A stretch of DNA of 62,899 nucleotides, the filler included, from Vannella sp. (Eukaryota): NCBI GenBank assembly GCA_023345925.1. It is 8 parts of 8 records of this genome, joined end to end, with 100 filler letters (N's around TTAATTAATTAA, not from the genome) between each part and the next. Parts side by side here need not be neighbours in the genome. Positions count along the whole stretch, not along the records: positions 5,065 to 13,054 come from JAJQQN010000783.1; positions 13,155 to 24,383 come from JAJQQN010000249.1; 6 more parts are not named here. The stretch is one strand, 5' to 3'. Positions 11,584 to 22,451 of the stretch are shown here, piece by piece. A program made the position numbers and the translations under genes. The notes beneath the pieces were generated by a model. It was not told where the DNA came from. It did not search any database and saw only the letters and a program-made list of their open reading frames with translations. Numbering within the stretch: the first letter of the stretch is position 1; every line of letters begins with the position of its first letter.

Positions 11584-12724
11584 TCACTCCTTCTCCAAGG
11601 CCATAAGCAACGCCTGAGTCCCTCGGTCTCCCCATCCTATCGAATGAGATGAGAGGAAGGTGTCCTCCTCAGAAGTGGGAAACTCACCTTCGTCCTGAAG
11701 TGACTTGTACAGTGAGTGGGCGAGCTTAAGCCCAGGCAAATCCAATCCCATCTCATCAGCCTCTTCCAACGCGATCTTCAAGTCCTTCAGGAAGTGATCA
11801 ATGTAGAATCCAGGGGCAAAGTCCCTCTAGTGAGTGGGTGAATGTGTGTTAGTGATGATCTCCTTCCAGTGGGACTAATACCTTGACAATCCGAGGTCCA
11901 TAGTTGGCCAAACTCCAAGACCCTGCAGCACCTGCTCCAAGTAGCTCGATGATCTTGGTCTGGTCGAGTCCGGCTTTGTGTGCGTAGTGCAATCCCTCCA
12001 CCAAGCCCATCATGCCAGAAGCAATGAGGATCTGGTTTACCATCTTGGTATGTTGTCCATAACCAGCAGGTCCCATGAGCTCATACTTGCTCCCCATGGC
12101 TCGAAAGAGAGGCTTGATGCGGTCCATTGTGGAAACCTCCCCACCAATCATGAAGGAGAGAGTGCCATTCCGTGCACCGATATCTCCTCCTGACACTGGA
12201 GCGTCCATACCAACTCCACCTTGTGCTGAGAGTGCGCTTGCAATCGCCTTGGCGAGACTCGGCTTTGAAGTGGTGCAGTCCACAAAGATTTTCCCATCAG
12301 TGAGCTCTGGCAGCATTCCATCAACAGGGTGGTACATAATGCTCTCCACTATGAGGTCGTCAGAACTCAGAGCGAACCACATTGGGACAAGCAGCTCACC
12401 GTCATGGGGATACCCGACAATGGAGAAGACAACGTCTGCAGAGGCAGCCACCTGACGTGGAGAGCTACACACTCGAACATTGGAAACATCCTGCCCCGCT
12501 TTCTTCGCCTTCTGAATGACAGCCTCGGCCTTGGAAGCCGTCCGATTGAACAAAGAGAGAGAACCAAACCCCGCAGAGAGAAGGTTCTGACACATCGATT
12601 GCCCCATGATCCCTGTCCCCACCCATCCAATACGAACGCTCTTGTCAACCTCTTCGGACGAGCACCGAAATCTCACAGCCCAACAAGTGTTCCCGGCTCG
12701 GGAAACCGTGCGGCATGAAAGCAT
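11584..12724 (-). CDS. NAD-dependent beta-hydroxyacid dehydrogenase (HIBADH/tartronate semialdehyde reductase family), probable mitochondrial presequence, spliced
   Basis: IGWVGTGIMG, DAPVSGGDIGA, GQHTKMVNQI, C-terminal GTQALL; several short introns. Confidence 0.9.
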
Positions 12725-13054
12725 GACCCAAGTAATAACCAAAAACACAACGAGAGGCTTTTGAGAGTCAACTGCCGGTTCGTAGAGTGGGTCGTTTCAC
12801 CCCACTGAGGTGGGAGATCATCGTGGTACCACAAGCTTGGAGAAAAGAGAAGGTAGAGGGGACCTCCAGTAGCTTCTGGTTAACGGACACATCGATCCAG
12901 TCCATTGCAGGTTGGCTCGGGAAGGAGCACCGGATAGAGGTTTTTGGCTCTGCAGGGAAGCAGCTGGAGTTCATGTAGGAAGTAGATGGAGGTGTGTACG
13001 TTCATGCGAGATCCCCAAATTTATGCAGGAGCGCTGGGGTAGAGGAACAAAGAG

Positions 13055-13154
13055 NNNNNNNNNNNNNNNNNNNNNNNNNNNNNNNNNNNNNNNNNNNNTT
13101 AATTAATTAANNNNNNNNNNNNNNNNNNNNNNNNNNNNNNNNNNNNNNNNNNNN
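13055..13154. other. Artificial contig spacer
   Basis: N44-TTAATTAATTAA-N44. Confidence 0.99.
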
Positions 13155-13583
13155 AAAAGGAGCTCCTTTTTGCAACTCTTGGAACAAACTCCGCCCTTTT
13201 CGTGAAGGTCTCTTCTTGAGAATGTGGCACTCATCGAACTCTCACGATTGGGTCGTTGGAGTGATCGGGGCCATCGAGGAAGAGGTCTCCAGGACTATCA
13301 CGATTGGGTTTTCGGAGGGGGTTTGAGGGCCTGCGAGAAGGGGTCACAAAGCTCGTTCAGTCCTCCAATGAGTGCCTCGAATGAGCCATCCCATGTTTTG
13401 TTCTGGTGCCAAAGGCCGGCACCGCAAAAGACAACAAAAAAAAAGAACGATTCCGAATTTTGCCACAGAAGAAATTATAACATTTGTGATAGCAGATACA
13501 GCACAAATCAATCTAATGATCAATCCACGAAAGAGCACTGGACGAAAATTTTCGTAGATTTTTCGGCTGTCAACTGGACAGCG

Positions 13584-13601
13584 CTCCTTTTTCCCTCTTC
13601 C
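13584..13601 (+). promoter_or_regulatory. Polypyrimidine (TCT/5'TOP-like) element upstream of RPS5
   Basis: CTCCTTTTTCCCTCTTCC ending 13 nt before the ATG. Confidence 0.5.
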
Positions 13602-13613
13602 AGCTTCTGAAAC

Positions 13614-14299
13614 ATGGCTGAGAACGCTACTGAAGTCACGCTTTTCGGCAAGTGGTGAGTGAAGCTGTACAGTATGCAGGGGAGAAAGATTCACCAGAGT
13701 TTGCAGGACCTACGAGAACGTCAAGATCGACGATATCGCTCTTCGTGACTACATGACTGTGGACTCGAAGAAGGTCTTCCTTCCCCACAGCGCTGGACGT
13801 TACAATGTCAAGCGTTTCCGCAAGGCCCAATGCCCCTTGGTTGAGCGTCTCACCAACTCCCTCATGATGAAGGGCCGCAACAACGGAAAGAAGCTGATGG
13901 CTGTCCGCATCGTCAAGCACACCTTCGAGATCATCTCCCTTCTCACCAGCTTGAACCCCCTTCAAGTCTTCATTGACGCTGTCATCAATTCTGGTCCTCG
14001 TGAGGACTCCACCCGTGTTGGTGGCGCTGGTACCGCTCGCCGACAGGCTGTGGATGTCTCCCCTCTCCGCCGTGTGAACCAGGCCATCTACTTCTTGACC
14101 CAGGGCGTAGGTTTCTCAGTTTTCCGTCTTGTTCGTCTGCTCACCCTCCCCTTAGGCCCGCAAGGCTGCTTTCCGCAACATCAAGACCATCGCTGAGTGC
14201 CTCGCTCTGGAGGTGATCAACGCTTCCAAGGAGTCCCCCAACTCGTTCGCCATCAAGAGCAAGGATCAGCTCGAGCGTGTCGCCAAATCTAACCGTTAA
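13614..14299 (+). CDS. RPS5: 40S ribosomal protein uS7 (S5)
   Basis: Introns 13655-13706 and 14107-14155; [31 protein letters not shown]-terminal ERVAKSNR. Confidence 0.97.
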
Positions 14300-14410
14300 G
14301 CTCTGTGTAATTATCTATGCAGATGACCTTCCAATAAAGCGGTGGTCATTCATGGTACTCAAAGGCCCTTTTTGACTGGACCGTTTCATCATTTCTTACT
14401 CTACGCGTGG

Positions 14411-16650
14411 ATGTCGAGTGGGGCGTCTCCCTCTATGTTGGTCGGTCCTAAAGAAACCACTCAAGTTGCTGTCGATGAGAACAGGACAAAAGATACATTG
14501 GGGGAGACGCAGGCCCTCACAGAGAAGCGGAAGAGGCGCCATCGATCTTCTGTAAGTAAACATGGCAAACACACAGAGTCCGAATCGCGAGGAGCAAGCC
14601 GTAGTAGAACTGGCAAGAAGAAACGTCGAACTTCCTCAAAGCCTGTTGAAGAAGCACCTGAGAAGCCAACCCTTTCTCGTCTCGAACAGTTGAAGAGTGA
14701 CATGAAGGGGCATGTGCTGGACTTTAATGATCACTTCTCCTCCATTGGAGAAGAGATTGGCGTTCATAACTATCAAGTACTGGCTCTCCTTGGTGTGGGT
14801 TCACAGGGACGCGTGTACCTGGTAAAACTCTTGGACACTGGGTGTCTTTATGCTCTCAAGGTGTTCATGAAGATCCAGATCGTGGAGAACGCGAAGGTGT
14901 GTACACTTATTCTCCTTCCCTTTGGTCTTGATCTAACACTGGAAAAGACCGTTCGGTCCGTCATGACAGAGCAACGGTTTCTTGCAGGAACCAGCCACCC
15001 CTTCGTCACCAAGCTATTCCACTCCTTTCAGACACAGGAGAGGCTTTTCATGGTGATGGAGTACTGCCCGGGAGGCGAGCTTTGGACCGTCATCAAGAAG
15101 CAACCACACCACCGTCTTAACGAAGATCAGGTGCGCTTCTACGCCTCAGAAGTACTCCTTGTTCTTGAATATGTTCATTCAAAAGGCTACATTTATCGCG
15201 GTATGGATCTTCTCAACCTCTTGAACGCTCCTGATCAGTTGGACGGCAGACTTGAAGCCAGAGAACATTCTCCTCCACACAGACGGGCACATTCGCGTAG
15301 CTGACTTTGGGTTGTCGAAGCAATCAGAGTCTTTACCTCAGATGAAAGTGATCCAGAGAAGGAGCCTCTTCAATGTGGGTATCCTGGGCCCAACAGTTTC
15401 TCCCTGTTTGGTATTCTAACGACTGGGCAGCGAGCAAGCTCTCATATGGACTTCTCTCTCTCTCAGGGGGAGGTTATTCGTACAAGCTCTTTGGTTGGAT
15501 CTGTCCACTACCTGGCCCCTGAGGTTCTTTCGGTCAATGGTTCCTACGACGTAATGGCAGATTGGTGGTCGTTTGGGGTTCTACTCTACGATATGGTTGT
15601 ACGTAGAGTATTGTTTGATGTGTAGCACCACTCATTGGATCGCAGCATGGCTTCCCCCCATTCCAAGGGCGATGCAACGAGGAGGTCATCATGAAAATCG
15701 TCCAGGGCGAGTATCACTTCGCTGATGACATCCCCTTGGGAACTCCTCTCAAGAGTTTGATCAGGGGACTGCTCAGAATTGATCCAAAGAAGCGCATGTG
15801 CGCCAAGCGGGGGGCCAACGACATCAAACGACATCCTTTCTTTATGGACACACAATGGGGACTCCTGCGCAACCGAAAGCCTCCCATTCTTCCTGACATA
15901 GCAGACGAAGAGGACATCAGCAACTTTGAGATCTACGAGGGAGAGGAAGACGAGTTTGACTTCGAGTTCTTCAGTGAGCTTCCAGAAAGCCTCGACATTC
16001 TCACTCCCAAGGAGCAGGAAGACTTTAAAGCATTCACCTTCACTCGGAAGAGCTTCGCACAAGGTATTGTTGGCGACATTCCACCCAAACCTGAAAGAGG
16101 ACGCGAGCGAGACCGTTCCGAACGCCGATCATCGCGATCAAAATCCAGATCATCCAGATCGCGATCTCGTTCCTCCCGATCTCAGGACAAAGATGATGTC
16201 AAGCCGATGAGGCGTGCCACCAGTGACATAGTCGGTAACCATGGCGATTTTTATCTGCCTGATGTACCCGGATCTGATGAATGGCTCTCTGGCGAAAGAT
16301 TGTCGCCTCGAGAGGAGCTTGAAAACGACTTTGACCGTGAGCTTCAGAGGCTTGAGTCGCCTCTTTACACAGAATCCCCGTTTGGAGGAAGTCCGAGATG
16401 CTTGAAATCGCTCTCTGCCCCCATTCCTATGACCATCCCCATCACCCAATCCTCTCCCCCACGGGGACCGTTAAGCCCTCTCTCATCCCGAAGTCAACAA
16501 GAAGGAGAGTACTCCCCCAGAGAAAGGAGTAGCAATGCAGACCCCTTCTCCGATGATCCCTCCCTATCCGAAGACCAATTTAGTGGGAAACGGCAACGCC
16601 GAAAGCCCGCCCGCAAAGGCTCAGCTACCCATATCACCCCCACGCTCTAA
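14411..16650 (+). CDS. AGC-group Ser/Thr protein kinase, spliced
   Basis: LGVGSQGRVYLV, YALK, YRDLKPEN (across an intron), ADFGLSK, YLAPE, DWWSFG, AGC tail DISNF; Ser/Arg-rich C-terminus. Confidence 0.92.
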
Positions 16651-17125
16651 TTTGGGGGTTGTACAATAAATCGATGCAATTCTAATCCTCTCATCGATTT
16701 ATCGGAAACCACTTTCACCAAAGTTTGGTTTGTTGAACTTTGTTCTGTTTCCCTCCGCCTGGTCACGCCAACATGCTCATGATCGCTCTTGTTGAGAACA
16801 AAAGCGTTTGCTAGCTTGATGGAGTGTTGATAGTGCTTGGGAGAAAGAGGCAAAGGCCTCCTGTTGACTGATAAGGGGCGAGTAATGATGATAACAACTC
16901 ACATTCACAAACGTCTGAGTTCCTCCTGTAGACACTTCTGCAATTCTGAACGCTCGTCCCCTTCCACTCCTCTTCTATTTGATAAAGTTCTTCTCACCTC
17001 TCTCGTCAATCACAGCTTTCCCTTACAAGCCCCTTTATGGCTGAGACTTTGGGACAAGCAGTGAATGGTACCACCCACAACGGGAGAAGACCGCTTTCGG
17101 CTCATAACTTGGCGAGTAGGCATTG

Positions 17126-19909
17126 ATGGAGCCACATTGGGCTTCCAAACCGCTCCCCCGTCCTCCCAATCGGCCTGAGGCATCACCAACACCGCCCAGA
17201 GCCATCCCAGAGATTCCTAAGAGAGCGAATCCACCAAAGAGCTCTGAAAGTCCCACGAGCGGATGGGTCAACGTCCCTCGAGAGCGTCCCTCCACCGTTG
17301 CTGGGGAGATGAACGTCTTTGCCATTGGTACAAGAGACGGGCAGTTGGGATTCAACTCAGCACCTTCGAGTCCTCAGCGTAGCATCAACGATCTACGCTC
17401 TTTTGCAGGCCGGCGGAGCATCGCCCCTCCCCCGCCGCCCCCTTCGGACAGCGAAGATGAGCTGCCACCCTCAGACAGTGGAATGTCATTCGGAGAAGAC
17501 GAAGCATTGCCACCTCCCTCCTACGAGGACAGCCACGAGGATTTGGGGGTGTTGGGGCTTCCTGATGTGCCAGGTGTCTCCCTGTTTGATTCTTCGGACC
17601 TCGTAGGAACTACTACACTTCTAAACCACCCGGAGTATTCCATGCCTCAGCGAGACGTCCCAAGCGTCATGGAAGAGGACGATATGGTCCCGCCTTCCTA
17701 CAGTGACAGCTTTGAAGACCCCTTAGCGGGGAACATAGACCTAAGCACCATCGAAGACGACGAAGGAATCGAAGACACAGAAGAAACCGCCCGCTTATTG
17801 GAGCAAGCTCGACTGCAAGAGGAGAACGAGGGCGAGGATTCTCTGGAGGCTTGCAAGTTCGTCGTGCAATGGAGCGAACCAGGCATGGCTCCACCTATTC
17901 CCTCTCGCAACGACCCCTCTCACCTTCTTAGTGAAGACGGAGCGCGCCAATTCATCAAGCAGAAGGAGGAAATCCCTGACGCCTACAAGATGATCGGCAC
18001 AGACCCTCGTTTCACCCGTTTAAGGGTCAAATGGGCCCCAAACTTTGTCCAGAAAGAGGGTATCATTCAACTGTGCAAGAACATGGTCGATCCCACCTCC
18101 CTTCCTTACCTTGGAGTTCTCTTCCACGCTGACCGCGTGCGTTATGCCAAAAGGGGGCACAAGATCATTGAAATGGCCGCACAACAGGCTAGCGATGAGC
18201 TCAAGCCTTCTTTAGATACCATGCTTGGTGGCCAGGTCTGCCGGGGGCTGTCAGAGACAGCATACACGGGGATATCTGCGGCGTGCATGTTCTTACCTGT
18301 GTTGGATGTTATTCCAGGTGCTTCAGCTCAATTGATGCTCCTTGGTGCTATTGGAGGAAAGGCAGTAGAGAACTCTGCAGAGTGGGGACTGAAAGTGATT
18401 ATTTCAAAGACAGCTGGCCAAGTCACTCAGGCTGCCATGGAATCCACCGAAGCCTTTAGCGGGTTTGGCGAATCAAAGGCATTTTTAATCTATCTTGGGT
18501 ACCCTGCTACAGATGACCCACTCTATGCTGAGTGGGAGCCTTATCGTCTCAAGTTGAAGGCACTTTACGGATGCGCAGCGGAAGATGACCTGTTTAAGAT
18601 GAGGCCCAAGGGGAAGGCGCTCCAATTCTTAGAGCAGGAGGAGCAGGATAGCGGAAAATCGTATTCAATTGAGATTCCTCTTCTCATCCTGCTTTGGCGC
18701 TCTTACCAATGCTGGGACGATCTCTATTGGGACCGAATCGTGCGCGTTAAAGATAACGCAAAAGCAACTACACGTGAGAAGTTGGGACTTCGGCGGGAGC
18801 TAACTCTCCAAGAAAGGCATAGAATGAGAGATTATCGTGCCTTCCAGGATACAGTGAATGTCATCGAGAACAGCCCAGCAATCGATCCACAACTTAAGAT
18901 TCTCAGGGTGAATCGGAAGAAAGAGATCGTCGAGTTGATGACTCGCGCGTTCCTCCATTCTCCTCATGTTTCGTATCTTTTCTCTCGAAAGAGGACGAGA
19001 GATGAGCAGAAAGACCGCTTGCAATGGTTCTTGCGGATGGTTGTGGACTACTTTATGGCCAACAACGCTTTCTTCTGGGGCTACTTGGGCGTGGATAAGA
19101 GGATCAAGTCAGTTGCTATCTGGGAGAGACCCAGCGAGACAGCTTCTATTTCCTTCTTGAGTTTACTGCGAACTTCAGGAGCCTTTAAACTGGGTCCAAA
19201 GCGCTGGAAGCTCATGTCTGATGTCCTATTCAGGACAGAAGAGATCCGAAAGCAAAATATTCGCGGGTTGAAGTGTTGGATGCTCCACTGGCTTGCCGTG
19301 GACCCCGACCATCAGAACGCGGGATTGGGTCGTTTGCATGTGGAAAACACGGTTAGAAGGCACGAGGAACCCGTTTATGCTCAAGTGTATGATAGTGAAC
19401 CGGAGGTGATGGAGTTCTTCAAGAAACTCTGCTTCATTCCAGTCGCGAATGAAGCCTCAAGGTTCTCCATGTATGGAATGCCTGTTTCTGTTATTGCATA
19501 TTGGCAAGGCATTCAATCCCCTGATGAGCTTCGCGCTTTGATGCCCGCAAAGAGAAAAAATCCGCTTATGGTCACTTATTCTACTCTCCGAAAGGCGGGC
19601 TCCATTCCCTCCATCTTGGCAAGGAGCACAGACGCCCAGTTAAGACTGACCCACCAGGAGACTTTGACTAACTCTACCGAGAATAAGTTATTGAGGGAGG
19701 CTCAGCAGCGTTATGAGGAGACAGCCACCCTTTTGGACCATCTCAAGATGGACTTTGCTTCGCTTCCAACCGAAGGGCGAGAGGAAGATCCGCTTGCCCA
19801 AGCGCTTGCCTCCAAGATCAAAGAATATCAACACTTACAAGAGACTTATCGCGCTTCCCTAAGCGATGCGAAGCATAATCTCAAGACCTTAACGCTCGGT
19901 TCGCCCTAA
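17126..19909 (+). CDS. Large protein: Pro/acidic disordered N-terminus, unknown middle region, GNAT acetyltransferase domain, C-terminal coiled coil
   Basis: Intronless ORF of about 928 aa; GNAT motif A WMLHWLAVDPDHQNAGLG and SVAIWERP. Confidence 0.75.
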   Translation: MEPHWASKPLPRPPNRPEASPTPPRAIPEIPKRANPPKSSESPTSGWVNVPRERPSTVAGEMNVFAIGTRDGQLGFNSAPSSPQRSINDLRSFAGRRSIAPPPPPPSDSEDELPPSDSGMSFGEDEALPPPSYEDSHEDLGVLGLPDVPGVSLFDSSDLVGTTTLLNHPEYSMPQRDVPSVMEEDDMVPPSYSDSFEDPLAGNIDLSTIEDDEGIEDTEETARLLEQARLQEENEGEDSLEACKFVVQWSEPGMAPPIPSRNDPSHLLSEDGARQFIKQKEEIPDAYKMIGTDPRFTRLRVKWAPNFVQKEGIIQLCKNMVDPTSLPYLGVLFHADRVRYAKRGHKIIEMAAQQASDELKPSLDTMLGGQVCRGLSETAYTGISAACMFLPVLDVIPGASAQLMLLGAIGGKAVENSAEWGLKVIISKTAGQVTQAAMESTEAFSGFGESKAFLIYLGYPATDDPLYAEWEPYRLKLKALYGCAAEDDLFKMRPKGKALQFLEQEEQDSGKSYSIEIPLLILLWRSYQCWDDLYWDRIVRVKDNAKATTREKLGLRRELTLQERHRMRDYRAFQDTVNVIENSPAIDPQLKILRVNRKKEIVELMTRAFLHSPHVSYLFSRKRTRDEQKDRLQWFLRMVVDYFMANNAFFWGYLGVDKRIKSVAIWERPSETASISFLSLLRTSGAFKLGPKRWKLMSDVLFRTEEIRKQNIRGLKCWMLHWLAVDPDHQNAGLGRLHVENTVRRHEEPVYAQVYDSEPEVMEFFKKLCFIPVANEASRFSMYGMPVSVIAYWQGIQSPDELRALMPAKRKNPLMVTYSTLRKAGSIPSILARSTDAQLRLTHQETLTNSTENKLLREAQQRYEETATLLDHLKMDFASLPTEGREEDPLAQALASKIKEYQHLQETYRASLSDAKHNLKTLTLGSP

Positions 19910-19985
19910 AATGGATTCTCCCAAACGCAAGCCTTCTTCTTGTCCTTTTGTGGTCTATTGTTGAGGAAAAGGGTGATAGTCAGGC

Positions 19986-22371
19986 CTAGTTGTTGGGGTG
20001 ATTCATTTCGTCTAAATAGTCATCCAAAGCCTCTTTGCTGCCGGGCTACTTACGGGTGAGAAGCAAGGAGTGGAGAGGAAAGGACAGCGAAAACAAAACC
20101 TACAGAAAAGGGAGCGCCAATTCCCCAAAGGTAGTCAAGAACGTCAACGAAGCCACCATGCAGTGCAATATCAAAAGCAGTCTGTAACAGTTCTGGAGGG
20201 GAAATCGTCAAAAGGTGGAAAAGAAAATCTGCGTTAACTCACACCTAAAGGTCACCGCAGCTCAGATGCGTTACTTACGGGAATATCCCCCTATTTACGA
20301 GTATTAGATACAAAGATGATTGGCCTCTTCATGACTAAGGTCCCTACATCTGCTTGGAGTTGCCCTTGACCACCCCGCTCTACTAAGAGTTTGACAACGT
20401 CAACGTGACCTTCAGTGCATGCCCAAAAGATCGGTCGGTCCTTTGCTAGATTAGAAGAGAGGAGTGAGAGGACGTTGGAGACAAACCGTTCCATTTGCCT
20501 GCAGTCAAAGGTGAGACAGGCAGTAAAAAACAAACAAGCTTACCTTGGAATTCACTTGGTCGAGACCTCCAATGTCTAGAAGAAGCTGGACGGTTTCAGC
20601 GTGACCTTGAAGACTGGCGTAGTGAATAGGTAGCGCCTTATGTACTAGTGAGATGCGTTGGCATGCCCAAATCACAAGATAGACTCACTCCGTCTGAATC
20701 CTTGGCAAAGATTGAGTTCCCTGTTGAATCAGAAGTGGTGGGGATACTCACTGGAGCCAAGGAATAGCTTGGGCCAAGGATGCTCACTAAAAGCCTAATT
20801 ACTTCCTCATGTCCTTCTTGGCTAGCACATGAAATCGGGAGCGACTACAACAGATTCAGGAGCGGTTTCAGTTTCTTAAGAATAACGCACGCCTGCTTGA
20901 GTCTACAATTCATGTTAACCGATTAAGGAAAGCCTAAGAAGCCAGCTTACCACTTCTTGGAGTTGATCTTTCCCCCCAAACTCAACCAAAAGGCGCACAG
21001 CGTCGACACATCCGGACAGGCAGGCTCGGTGTACTGGGAGTGCCTGTGCAATGGATTGGTGAATTAACTTTCTTCTTTAAGAGTCTCTTCACAGACCCCT
21101 TCTTCATCCTAGGACTGAGTTAGACCCTTCACCCAAACGTCAAAGTATCCACACACTCTGCAGGTAATCTGCTTCATCCCACTGTGGGAGAGGAGAAGCT
21201 GAGCAATGTCGGTGTGATGTTCCATCACAGCAATGTGAATAGCTGCGTATCCCTGAGAGTTCCAGTGAGATTTACCTTCCGAACAAATAGAAACCCACCC
21301 CTGGATTCTCTTGTAAAAGTAACTGCTTCTCCGCTTCACCCGTTTCCAGAAGAAGCCGAGCAATGCCGATTTCGCCTCCCATTACAGCAAAGTGGAGCGG
21401 GAGAAGCTGAAATAGAAGTTAGTTTCCTTTTCTTTCCCTTCTGGGTGAATGTCTTGCCCCCATCTTGGTGCCAACGAGAAGTTGGTCCGAACCGGCACTC
21501 ATTATCAACACTCGGACCACTCCTTCATGGCCCTGCTGACAGGCATAGTGGATTGGAAGATTCTGAATGAATTCTTGAGTATTAATCTACCTAATGTGAA
21601 CGATCTTACGCCATCTGAGTCCTTAAGAGCCTGGTCAGGGTCCAACCAATGGTGAAAGAAGGGATTCCTTACCGAGGCCAGCGCCTGCTTGCTTCCCCCA
21701 GCCTCTACAAGCAATTGAACGACCGAATCACATCCATTCAGGCTTCCAAAGTGAATAGGAAGGCTCTACAAAGCGCCTGGTAAGAAGCACAGATGGCGAG
21801 CAAATCAGACCTCCTCACTCCGTCCTCATCCTGCAAGGGATCAGCTTCTAATCGAAACCCAAGATGCTTTGTAAGTGTGAGGAGCACCTACTTCAAGGTA
21901 AAGCTGTTCCTCTCCGCCAAGATCGAGAAGTGCCCGAACAAGATCAGGATTGCCGCCTTGGCACGCCATGTGGATCGCTCCACTCTATCAGTAAGACCAT
22001 TAGATAGATCGGGGATCTTTAGACATGCTCCAACGTACTTGATCGGCTTCCTACGGAGGCTAAGTGGGTGATGGGAGGTGGAAAGCTTCTCTTACTCGTT
22101 GCTGGAGCAAGCCTTTGCCTTTCATCTCCAACACAACTTTGGCACTCTCTATATCACCTGCTCTGCACGCCAGAAGGAGCAAAAGAAAGGCAGAGGGCCC
22201 GTTTCCAGTTCCCAAACGCAAAAGTACCAACCCACGCTCACACGTTGCTCTCAAAGCAGCTCTCCACTGCTCCTGCGTCCCTCCTTCTTCTCTGAAGGCT
22301 TCCAATAGTCCCCGCGCGGTCGCATAGTCCCCAGCCGCCAGCAAAGCGTTCGTCAACCTTTGAGTCTCCAT
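19986..22371 (-). CDS. Ankyrin-repeat protein encoded by at least 20 exons, including eight 12-nt microexons
   Basis: Exons: 22096-22371, 22039-22050, 21892-21984, 21819-21830, 21673-21765, 21610-21621, 21458-21562, 21299-21406, 21157-21252, 21097-21108, 20951-21043, 20891-20902, 20752-20844, 20689-20700, 20544-20636, 20487-20498, 20348-20440, 20279-20290, 20104-20181, 19986-20045. The joined frame is open and gives about 11 repeats (DxDG-xLPIHxAxxxGHxxxVxLL). Confidence 0.88.
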
Positions 22372-22451
22372 GTCTCCTCAATCCCGTGCCTAATGAATAC
22401 CAAAAGCAACCCATTCGAATCCAACTACTTCAAGACACATTAGAACAAGAA

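Noticed and set aside
12768..13560. Short ORFs at the contig ends around the second spacer
   Set aside because: No recognisable motifs and no consistent splice model could be built.
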